Source: a virus
Taxonomy: Duplodnaviria; Caudoviricetes
Virus record (IMG/VR): IMGVR_UViG_3300048631_000128
Coordinates: 1-25,942 of that record
Reading direction: 5' to 3' (one strand)
Length of the DNA stretch: 25,942 bases
Shown: in pieces, positions 16,873 through 24,426 of the stretch
How the letters are laid out: each line of letters begins with the position of its first letter
Position numbering within the stretch: position 1 is the stretch's first letter
Position numbers and translations under genes: made by a program
Notes under the pieces: generated by a model
The model's input: the letters and a program-made list of their open reading frames with translations, nothing else
Database searches by the model: none
What the model was told of the DNA's origin: nothing

Positions 16873-17243
16873 GTTATAAGGGGTGGAGAGGTCGTCAAAG
16901 GCTCTACTCCAAGGATAGTAGTCTTACTACCTTTGATTGGTTAGATGACCTTAAGAAATATAGGAAGTGGGTAGTACTACTTGCTTTCATAGTATTAGGT
17001 AGTCTGTATGAAGCTCACGCTAGAATCTCATATGATTTCCCTTATGATGATATTACTATGGATATAGTTAAGGTTGACCATACAGGTGGAGGTACATATC
17101 AATGCCCTACTCTACAACTATGCTACATAAAGGTACTAGAGGCAGAAGCTAGAGGTGCTACTCAATACTGTGAATCTATTACTATTAAGAAGGATGGTGT
17201 TATTATATGGCAAAGGTTTTATCAATTAAGGGGCAGTCAGTGA
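16863..17243 (+). CDS. Hypothetical membrane-anchored or secreted protein
   Basis: Hydrophobic stretch WVVLLAFIVLGSL; RBS AGGAG. Confidence 0.65.
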   Translation: MGVGYKGWRGRQRLYSKDSSLTTFDWLDDLKKYRKWVVLLAFIVLGSLYEAHARISYDFPYDDITMDIVKVDHTGGGTYQCPTLQLCYIKVLEAEARGATQYCESITIKKDGVIIWQRFYQLRGSQ

Positions 17244-17449
17244 CCAGGAAGAAATTGTATGAACAAGCTATTGAGGATTCCGCAGTTTCGTGGTGTAACT
17301 TATATCAAGAAGAGAAATCAAAGAGACAGGAACTTGAGAAACGCTATAACCTCCTCGTACATCAACTTAAAAAGGAAGGTACGAAGAGAGCACTAAAGGA
17401 AGCTGATGCCTTCCTTGCTAGCTACGCCAAAGAATGGGATAGATTATGA
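17240..17449 (+). CDS. Coiled-coil hypothetical protein
   Basis: GTGA overlap start at 17240 with AAGGGG RBS. Confidence 0.65.
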   Translation: MTRKKLYEQAIEDSAVSWCNLYQEEKSKRQELEKRYNLLVHQLKKEGTKRALKEADAFLASYAKEWDRL

Positions 17450-17688
17450 GTAACAATACAGAAATAGAACTGACAGAAGCTATAGTCAAAGACCTATGCT
17501 CTATTGGACTTGAGGTGGTACTTAAGAACTACTTCTCTAGGCTGAAGGAATTAGCTAAAGAGGATGGAGAGCCTTGGGATGATGAACGTATGGACATAGT
17601 CGGTCAGAACGGTAACGATGGATTACATTATGTTACTAATGATGATGGCAGTAAATGTGCAGTCGCACATAAACTAAAGGAGTCGTAA
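17446..17688 (+). CDS. Hypothetical protein with GQNGNDGLHY motif
   Basis: ATGA overlap; motif visible in the translation. Confidence 0.7.
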   Translation: MSNNTEIELTEAIVKDLCSIGLEVVLKNYFSRLKELAKEDGEPWDDERMDIVGQNGNDGLHYVTNDDGSKCAVAHKLKES

Positions 17689-17882
17689 TGGTTTATGGTT
17701 TTAGATGCAACAACTGTACTCACGAGTATGAAGTAAGGAGACCAATGGCAGAGAGCAACGCCCCTTCAATATGTCCTAAATGTAGAGACGAAGCCCCGAC
17801 CAGAATAATAGGAACACCATCATTTAAAACGTGTGGTGGTGGGCATCGCAGCTCAAATGGAGGGCAGAAGGTTATTATTTAA
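17688..17882 (+). CDS. FmdB-family zinc-ribbon protein
   Basis: YGFRCNNCTHEYEV..PM......CPKC...TRII..PSF. Confidence 0.82.
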   Translation: MVYGFRCNNCTHEYEVRRPMAESNAPSICPKCRDEAPTRIIGTPSFKTCGGGHRSSNGGQKVII

Positions 17883-17883
17883 T

Positions 17884-17904
17884 CTAAAGAAGGACACTTA
17901 TATA
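17884..17904 (+). promoter_or_regulatory. Putative phage RNAP late promoter (T7 phi6.5 position)
   Basis: Identical to 7426-7446; at the start of the morphogenesis module. Confidence 0.7.
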
Positions 17905-18069
17905 ATGGATAGATTACCAAGTACTACTATTGACTTACTTAAGAAATTAGAAGAAATGTTCCCTGACCAAATGGTCACAGAGGAAATGTCAGATTTCGAG
18001 AGAGGAAAGAAAGCAGGAGTGATTGAATTACTTCGCTTATTATTACAACTGAAACACACAGGAGAATAA
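17905..18069 (+). CDS. T7 gp6.5-like small protein (MDRLPSTTIDLL...)
   Basis: L..LEEMFP.......ERGKKAG pattern and synteny; start reassigned from 17833. Confidence 0.6.
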   Translation: MDRLPSTTIDLLKKLEEMFPDQMVTEEMSDFERGKKAGVIELLRLLLQLKHTGE

Positions 18070-18071
18070 CT

Positions 18072-18278
18072 ATGGGCGGATTATTTAGCTCACCTAAAGC
18101 ACCAACACCACCACCACCAGTAACACCATCAATCACACAGGATGAGGCTTCTTTCAAACCTGGTGATGATGGAGAGAAGAAGGCTAAGAAGCTTACTGCT
18201 ATTAAGAAGGGTAAAGGTAGATTAGCAATTGCTGCTAAATCAGGCGTTAAGTCTGGAGTAGCTAAAGGATACAGCTAA
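18072..18278 (+). CDS. Small basic virion protein (gp7.3/gp6.7-like)
   Basis: MGG..SPK.P-rich N-terminus, K-rich KGKGRL; immediately before the portal. Confidence 0.65.
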   Translation: MGGLFSSPKAPTPPPPVTPSITQDEASFKPGDDGEKKAKKLTAIKKGKGRLAIAAKSGVKSGVAKGYS

Positions 18279-18288
18279 GGAGTAAGGA

Positions 18289-19788
18289 ATGGCAGAAGAA
18301 CGCACAGAAACACTAAAATCTCGGTGGTCTAAACTAGAAGGCGAGAAGTCAACAGTACTAGACAGAGCTAGGGATTGTGCTTCGCTTACTATTCCTTCTA
18401 TGTTAACTAAGCAAGGGCATAAGGAACAAGATGTACTATCTACTCCTTACCAATCTATTGGTGCTCGAGCAGTCAATCACTTAGCTAGTAAACTACTACT
18501 AACTCTATTACCTCCTAACGCCCCTTTCTTTAGGTTAATGCCTAATCAAGAGGACTTAGGACAACTAGAGCCTGAGCAGGAAGCAGAACTAGAGAAAACA
18601 CTAGCCGCGTTTGAGCGTGACCTTTACACATATATAGAGAAGAAAGCATATCGAGTACCTTTGTTTGAAGCGTTGAAGCTTCTAATTGGTACAGGTAATG
18701 CTCTACTCCGTTTAGAGGACGAAGAACTACGTGTCTATAATCTGAATGAGTATGTTGTTAAGCGTAATGCTCTTGGTAAAGTAGTAGAAATCATTGTTAA
18801 AGAAACAGTGCATCCTACTGACGTACCTGAGTTAGACCTAACAGACGATGAGACTGATTTATATACTTGTGCTAAGATTACTGAAACAGGGTCATACTCT
18901 GTATATCAGGAAGTCCTAGGAGAAGTAGTCCCTGGTTCTGAAGGTGAGATGAAGGCTGAAGACAGTCCTTTCCTTGCACTACGTTGGACAGCTATCAATG
19001 GTGAAGACTATGGTAGAGGTTTAGTAGAGCAGTACTTAGGTGACTTACGTTCTCTAGAGGCATTAAACCAAGGTATGGTAGAAGGAGCAGCAGCTTCATC
19101 TAAGATTGTATTCTTGGTAGACCCTACAGGAACTACTAGAGCACGTGATTTAGCTAAGGCTAGGTCAGGTGATTTCGTACAAGGTAAAGCAGCTGACGTT
19201 ACTACTTTGCAGGTCGCTAAGGGTAATGATATGCAAATACCATATCAACTTGCTCAAGAGATTCAACAGAGACTTGCTAGTGCATTCTTGTTAACACAAG
19301 GTGCTACTCGTAACGCTGAGCGTGTTACTGCTGAGGAAATCAGATTAGTAGCAGGTGAGCTTGAAGATGCATTAGGTGGTATTTACTCTATTCTTTCACA
19401 AGAATTACAACTACCTTTAGTTAAGATTATCTTCAAGAACTCGAAGACACAACTTCCTGAAGGATTAGTAGAGCCAGTTATTGTTACTGGTTTAGAAGCA
19501 TTAGGAAGAGGACACGACTATAACAAACTAGTTATGTTTGCACAAACACTACAACAACTACTAGGTCCTGAGATATTTGCTCAGCACGCTAATGTTGATG
19601 CAGTGATTAATAGAGTAGCTACTTCTCTTGGTTTAGATGCAGAAGGGATTATTAAGTCTCAAGAGCAGATACAACAAGAACAAGAACAAGCTATGGCTAT
19701 GCAAGCAGGACAAATGGGTTTAGATAGCGCAGCACAAGCTGGAGGCGCAGAGGCAGGTGCAGCATTAGGGCAACAAGCAATGGGTTAA
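18289..19788 (+). CDS. Head-tail connector / portal (gp8)
   Basis: LTIPS, PYQSIGARAVNHLASKL, GEDYGRG, RNAERVTAEEIR, GLEALGRG. Confidence 0.97.
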   Translation: MAEERTETLKSRWSKLEGEKSTVLDRARDCASLTIPSMLTKQGHKEQDVLSTPYQSIGARAVNHLASKLLLTLLPPNAPFFRLMPNQEDLGQLEPEQEAELEKTLAAFERDLYTYIEKKAYRVPLFEALKLLIGTGNALLRLEDEELRVYNLNEYVVKRNALGKVVEIIVKETVHPTDVPELDLTDDETDLYTCAKITETGSYSVYQEVLGEVVPGSEGEMKAEDSPFLALRWTAINGEDYGRGLVEQYLGDLRSLEALNQGMVEGAAASSKIVFLVDPTGTTRARDLAKARSGDFVQGKAADVTTLQVAKGNDMQIPYQLAQEIQQRLASAFLLTQGATRNAERVTAEEIRLVAGELEDALGGIYSILSQELQLPLVKIIFKNSKTQLPEGLVEPVIVTGLEALGRGHDYNKLVMFAQTLQQLLGPEIFAQHANVDAVINRVATSLGLDAEGIIKSQEQIQQEQEQAMAMQAGQMGLDSAAQAGGAEAGAALGQQAMG

Positions 19789-19791
19789 TCT

Positions 19792-19962
19792 ATGAGTGAG
19801 ATTAAATTTACAATTTACACAAATGAAACGGTAACGGAGACTGATAATGAGCGAAGAACAAAACCAAGTGGAGGAAAGTCCACAGCTAAGCGAGCACGAC
19901 CAGGAGATGCTGGAAGTAGCAAGCCAAAGCGAAGAACAAACAAACCAAGAGCTAAGAAGTGA
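19792..19962 (+). CDS. Putative overprinted 56-aa basic protein overlapping the scaffold start
   Basis: ATG 3 nt after the portal stop; open for 56 codons, 116 nt of them inside the scaffold gene in another frame. Confidence 0.45.
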   Translation: MSEIKFTIYTNETVTETDNERRTKPSGGKSTAKRARPGDAGSSKPKRRTNKPRAKK

Positions 19963-20629
19963 TAATGAAAACCTACTTCTAGCTGGTAAATATAAAGATG
20001 TCGCAGAACTAGAGAAGGCTTATACAGAGCTTCAATCTAAGATGGGACAGGAGTCTACTGAAGCACAAGAGGATACACCAACGGAGGAAACTCCTGAGGT
20101 TACTGATAGTGTGGACGAGGCACAGGAAACTGTAGAGTCTAAAGGAATTGATTTCGATGGACTAAACAGCGAGTATAGTGAGAATGGAGAATTATCTTCA
20201 GAGACGTATACCAGCCTCGAACAGGCAGGTTTATCAAAGGAGGTGGTCGATTCTTATATACAGGGGCAAGAGGCAATTCAGCAACAACAAATCAACGCAT
20301 TGCAAAGTGAGGTTGGTGGAGAAGCTGAATATCAGTCTATGATTGAGTGGGCTGCCTCGAACCTCTCGGAAAGTGAAACGGAGGCTTTTAACGCTACTCT
20401 AGATAGTGAAGAAGGCGCACGGTTTGCAATCCAAGGGCTTAACGCTCGTTACAAGGCTGCCAATCCTAACTTGATTGGTGGTAATCGTACTTCAGGTGCT
20501 AGTAGTAGTAGCCGTGGTTTCACTACTAAAAGTGATATGATGGAAGCTATGTCTAGCCCTAAGTACAAGACAGACCATACTTACAGAGCAGAAGTGCAAC
20601 GTAAGCTGGCGCTGTCGACATTCTTATAG
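19847..20629 (+). CDS. Capsid scaffolding protein (gp9)
   Basis: LAGKYK...LEKAY.EL, VGGEAEY..M.EWA, M..PKY..D..YR. Confidence 0.95.
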   Translation: MSEEQNQVEESPQLSEHDQEMLEVASQSEEQTNQELRSDNENLLLAGKYKDVAELEKAYTELQSKMGQESTEAQEDTPTEETPEVTDSVDEAQETVESKGIDFDGLNSEYSENGELSSETYTSLEQAGLSKEVVDSYIQGQEAIQQQQINALQSEVGGEAEYQSMIEWAASNLSESETEAFNATLDSEEGARFAIQGLNARYKAANPNLIGGNRTSGASSSSRGFTTKSDMMEAMSSPKYKTDHTYRAEVQRKLALSTFL

Positions 20630-20651
20630 TAACACAAGTAAGTATAATTGC

Positions 20652-20681
20652 CTTGATTCTTCCCTCGAGGGGGAGGATGAG
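20652..20681 (+). promoter_or_regulatory. Stem-loop in the capsid gene leader
   Basis: CTT(G)ATTCTTCCCT-CGA-GGGGGAGGATGAG with several G-U pairs. Confidence 0.55.
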
Positions 20682-20762
20682 AGATACCCTTTAGACCCAA
20701 CGTATTGCTGTATAAACTGAACGTACACTTATGTACACTTTAACTTTATATAGGATAATATA

Positions 20763-21650
20763 ATGGCATATACAACTTCAAATCCGAACTTCGACTTCGG
20801 TGGCACAGCAGGTAACAAGGACTTAGCACTTAAGATTTTCTCAGGTGAAGTCCTTACTGCATTCTCTACAAAGAATGTATTCTTACCTCTTGTAAATACA
20901 CGTACTATCAACTCAGGTAAATCAGCACAGTTTCCAGTAATTGGTGCTTTAACTGATTCTGATGTTAAGACTCACACTCCAGGTGATGACGTAACTCCTT
21001 CTAGCATCGGTTCTAATGAGCAAATCATTACTATCGCTGCTCGCAAGTACTCTTCAGTATTTGTTGACGACTATGAAGAAGCTATGTCTCACTACGAGAC
21101 TCGTGGTCAGTACTCTACTGAGATGGGTAACGTGTTAGCTAAGAAAGTAGATAAGGCAGTAATCACACAGTTAGATGCGTGTGCTACAGCTACTCCTAAA
21201 GTAGGTCAACCAGCAGTTAATGCTGACCTTGCATTAGGTACTACTTTAACAACTAACGAGCTAGTAGAGGCAATCTTTGATGCTGCTTCTACAATGGACA
21301 CTAAGGACATTGCAGGCGACAAGGTATGTGTAATCACACCTGAAGCTTACTACAACTTAGTACAGTCTGATAAAGCTGTTAATCGTGATTGGACAAATGG
21401 TAACGGTGGTGTTGATACAGGTAATGTATTCAAGATTGCTGGTATTCCAATTATGACTTCTAATAACATTCCGACAGGCTCTTGGGGTTATATCTTTACT
21501 CCACACGCAGTTGGTGTTGTTAAGTTATTAGATATCAAGTCTGAAGCAAACTACATCCCTGAGAAATTAGGTACTTTGATGGTTGCTTCTTACGCAATGG
21601 GCGAAGGCGTACTTAACGCTGGTTGTTCAATCCGTTTAACTAAGGCGTAA
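20763..21650 (+). CDS. Major capsid protein (gp10)
   Basis: LKIFSGEVLTAF, RTI.SGKSAQFP, HYETR..YS.EMG..LA...D, IAGIPI..SNN. Confidence 0.96.
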   Translation: MAYTTSNPNFDFGGTAGNKDLALKIFSGEVLTAFSTKNVFLPLVNTRTINSGKSAQFPVIGALTDSDVKTHTPGDDVTPSSIGSNEQIITIAARKYSSVFVDDYEEAMSHYETRGQYSTEMGNVLAKKVDKAVITQLDACATATPKVGQPAVNADLALGTTLTTNELVEAIFDAASTMDTKDIAGDKVCVITPEAYYNLVQSDKAVNRDWTNGNGGVDTGNVFKIAGIPIMTSNNIPTGSWGYIFTPHAVGVVKLLDIKSEANYIPEKLGTLMVASYAMGEGVLNAGCSIRLTKA

Positions 21651-21666
21651 GCTAAGTTAGACTAAT

Positions 21667-21694
21667 TGAGGCACTCTCTTCGGAGGGTGTTTCA
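21667..21694 (+). terminator. T-phi-like hairpin after the capsid gene
   Basis: TGAGGCACTCTC-TTCG-GAGGGTGTTTCA, cUUCGg tetraloop; U-tract is weak. Confidence 0.7.
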
Positions 21695-21717
21695 TCCACA
21701 TTAAATAAAGAGGTTTT

Positions 21718-22299
21718 ATGAAACTATATAACGATGCAATAAACATCTGCCTAACAACGATAGGTGAAAGTCCAGTACCTTCAACTACCTCTATAGTCGG
21801 TCACTATGAAGCAGAACTAGCTGAAACCATAATAGGTGAAGCTAAGACCGAGGTACTGGCAGAAGGTTTTCAGTTTAATACTGATGATGATTGGACTCTT
21901 GTTCCAGATACAGCAGGATATATTACTATCCCAGCTGATGTTATCTCAATAGATGGTACATCACGAGGTGATGACCTAATTGAAAGAGCAGGTAAGCTTT
22001 ATGACAAAGCTAGAAACTCATATATATTTACCACACCACAGGCATTATCTATTGTGTGGGATATGACGTTTGATACTTTACCTATCCCTATGCAATCAGT
22101 AGTAGTAGCATCGGCTAAGCTAAAGTTATACACTAGAGTAGTAGGTGTAGATGCTATGGTCACTCAATTAGAGAGAGAACTACAGACTACTAGAAGCCTT
22201 ATGATTACCGAAGACTTACGTTCAGGTGATTATAGTATATTCGATGAGACTTCTACTACAAGAGTAATGTCTAGAGGTCAGAATCCCTCAGCACTTTAA
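21718..22299 (+). CDS. Tail tubular protein A (gp11)
   Basis: AIN..L..IGESPV, EGFQFN, RAGKLYD. Confidence 0.93.
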   Translation: MKLYNDAINICLTTIGESPVPSTTSIVGHYEAELAETIIGEAKTEVLAEGFQFNTDDDWTLVPDTAGYITIPADVISIDGTSRGDDLIERAGKLYDKARNSYIFTTPQALSIVWDMTFDTLPIPMQSVVVASAKLKLYTRVVGVDAMVTQLERELQTTRSLMITEDLRSGDYSIFDETSTTRVMSRGQNPSAL

Positions 22300-22308
22300 G
22301 GAGTAACT

Positions 22309-24417
22309 ATGGAAGTTAATCAAAGCATACCATCATTAGTTAATGGTGTTAGCCAGCAAGCTCCAGAACTTCGTCATAATACTACTGTAGATGAGATGAT
22401 TAACTGTAGTCTATCGTTCACAGAGGGTACTAGAAGAAGGAATCCTCTTGAATATATTAAAACAGATAATGCTTTACTAGGACACACTCCCTTCATTCAT
22501 ACTTATGAAAGAGGAGATGGTACAGAAGCATATATCATTGTAATCATCCACGGTAGTTGGAGAGTTTATGACTTAGAAGGAAATCTACAGGAAACAGGAA
22601 CTAGTGATTATCTTAAAACATATGACGTAGACGGTGTTGTAGATACTACTTTAAAAGCAAGTAAATGCTTTGCTACTGTTACTGTAGGTGATACTACTTT
22701 CATTGTTAATAAAACAGTAACGGTAGAAGAGAATACAAGTAAGACTCACGGGACATCAGATACAGATTACCATAAACTAACTGGATATTACTGGGTTAAG
22801 AAGACTTACATCTCATATGGTGGAACTAATTTAACTGATATTGTTACCTACCGTTATAAGATGGGTTCTTACCAGAACACTAATCATAATGATGCAGATG
22901 GTGCTGATTCCACATTAGTAGCTACTAACTTAGCTAGTAAAGCTAGTAACTTCACCAGTGATGGTTCTATTGTTAAAGCAACATTTGCTGCTGGTTACGA
23001 TTTTACTAGTTCCGATTCTTGGGGTAACCAAGCATCACACGGCTGGCAAGGTGTAACTAAGAAACTACAAGACTTACCTAATAAAATGGGAAACTTCTAT
23101 GGTTTATCTACTCTTGTTAATGTAACAGGAGACGAGAAGAATAAGTTTGAAGGTTTCTGGACATATGTTAAGAACAAAGGTGAATCTTGGGTTGAGACTG
23201 TAGCTCCTGGTATTAGTACTGGTTTTAATGACTCAACTATGCCTCACGTGTTAGTTCGTAAAGATATTGGTGACTTTGACTTTGAAACATTCCCTTACTA
23301 TGAAAGAGATAGAGGAGATGATAACAGTAACCAGCAACCTAGTTTCGTAGGTAAGACTATTGAGGATGTATTCTTCTATCGTAATAGATTAGGATTCATC
23401 ACAGGTGATAACATTGTTATGTCTGAGACAGGTATCTATGAGAACTTCTTTAGAACAACAGTAACAGACTTACTTCCTACTGACCCTATTGACGTATCTG
23501 TAGATACTAATACTGTGGCTAATCTAAAGTATGCTATCCCATTCAATCAGAATCTACTTATATTCGGCACACACGCTCAATACATACTAGGCTCAGATAA
23601 ACCATTAACACCAGACACAGCTAGTCTAGCGCAGACTACTACCTACCCTATTAACATAAACATTACCCCTAAACCTATTGGACCTAATGTGTACTTCCCT
23701 CTTAATAGAGGAGACTTTACACAGATACGAGAGTACTTCAATGTACCAGGCTCAACAGGTAACGAGGCTGCAGATATTACTAGTCATTGTCCTACCTACA
23801 TAGATAACAATTTAGTTGCTCTAGAGGTTAGTACTAAGTACGACCAGTTATTCTGCTTACCTGCTGAAGGTGATACAGTGTTTGTTTATGACCAAGCTTG
23901 GGAAGGAGAAGATAAATCTCAATCTGCTTGGCATAAGTGGGTGTTTGAAGGAGCTACTATCTTTAATATTAAAGTAGTAGACGACTACTTAATGGTTATG
24001 TACGATTATGGTACTGATAGAATGCTAGGTAGACTTAGTATTAAATCAGAACCCTTCGACAATGCAGACTTCACTGATGAATTTACAGCAACTACTACTG
24101 CTGAGTACTCGAGTGATATCCTATTGAATGAGTGGGGCTTCCAAGTAGGAGGAGCACAAGTAGATGACAAACAAGGTAGATTACAGATACGTAAAATAAA
24201 GATACAAGATAGAGACCCTAGTGACCAAGACATAGAAGTAACAGTAGGACAACATACCAAAGTATTTCATAAGCATATACAAGGTGGACCAACTGCTACT
24301 ATTATGGGTGAGGCGCAGAAGACTAGCGTAGCTATTAAATCTGTAGGAAGCAAAGGCTTCTGTCTAGATAGTATTAATTTAACAGGTAGATTTATAAGTA
24401 AATCTAGAACAGTATAG
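22309..24417 (+). CDS. Tail tubular protein B (gp12)
   Basis: GVSQQ, TMPHVL, GDD.SN..PSFVG, FFYRNRLGF, DPID, QSAWHKW. Confidence 0.95.
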   Translation: MEVNQSIPSLVNGVSQQAPELRHNTTVDEMINCSLSFTEGTRRRNPLEYIKTDNALLGHTPFIHTYERGDGTEAYIIVIIHGSWRVYDLEGNLQETGTSDYLKTYDVDGVVDTTLKASKCFATVTVGDTTFIVNKTVTVEENTSKTHGTSDTDYHKLTGYYWVKKTYISYGGTNLTDIVTYRYKMGSYQNTNHNDADGADSTLVATNLASKASNFTSDGSIVKATFAAGYDFTSSDSWGNQASHGWQGVTKKLQDLPNKMGNFYGLSTLVNVTGDEKNKFEGFWTYVKNKGESWVETVAPGISTGFNDSTMPHVLVRKDIGDFDFETFPYYERDRGDDNSNQQPSFVGKTIEDVFFYRNRLGFITGDNIVMSETGIYENFFRTTVTDLLPTDPIDVSVDTNTVANLKYAIPFNQNLLIFGTHAQYILGSDKPLTPDTASLAQTTTYPININITPKPIGPNVYFPLNRGDFTQIREYFNVPGSTGNEAADITSHCPTYIDNNLVALEVSTKYDQLFCLPAEGDTVFVYDQAWEGEDKSQSAWHKWVFEGATIFNIKVVDDYLMVMYDYGTDRMLGRLSIKSEPFDNADFTDEFTATTTAEYSSDILLNEWGFQVGGAQVDDKQGRLQIRKIKIQDRDPSDQDIEVTVGQHTKVFHKHIQGGPTATIMGEAQKTSVAIKSVGSKGFCLDSINLTGRFISKSRTV

Positions 24418-24426
24418 GAACTAATT

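Noticed and set aside
20615-20648. TCGACA...TATAAT sigma70 promoter before the capsid gene
   Set aside because: Spacing of 22 nt is too long
21600-21700. gp10B-type frameshift extension of the capsid protein
   Set aside because: No clear slippery site or extended alternative frame before the hairpin and gp11
1805-24260. Other minus-strand ORFs and nested + strand ORFs in the track (e.g. 2015-2269, 6582-6839, 7382-7600, 14325-14540, 14585-14920, 16487-16717)
   Set aside because: Nearly all overlap well-supported genes; none shows a recognisable motif; the genome is unidirectional
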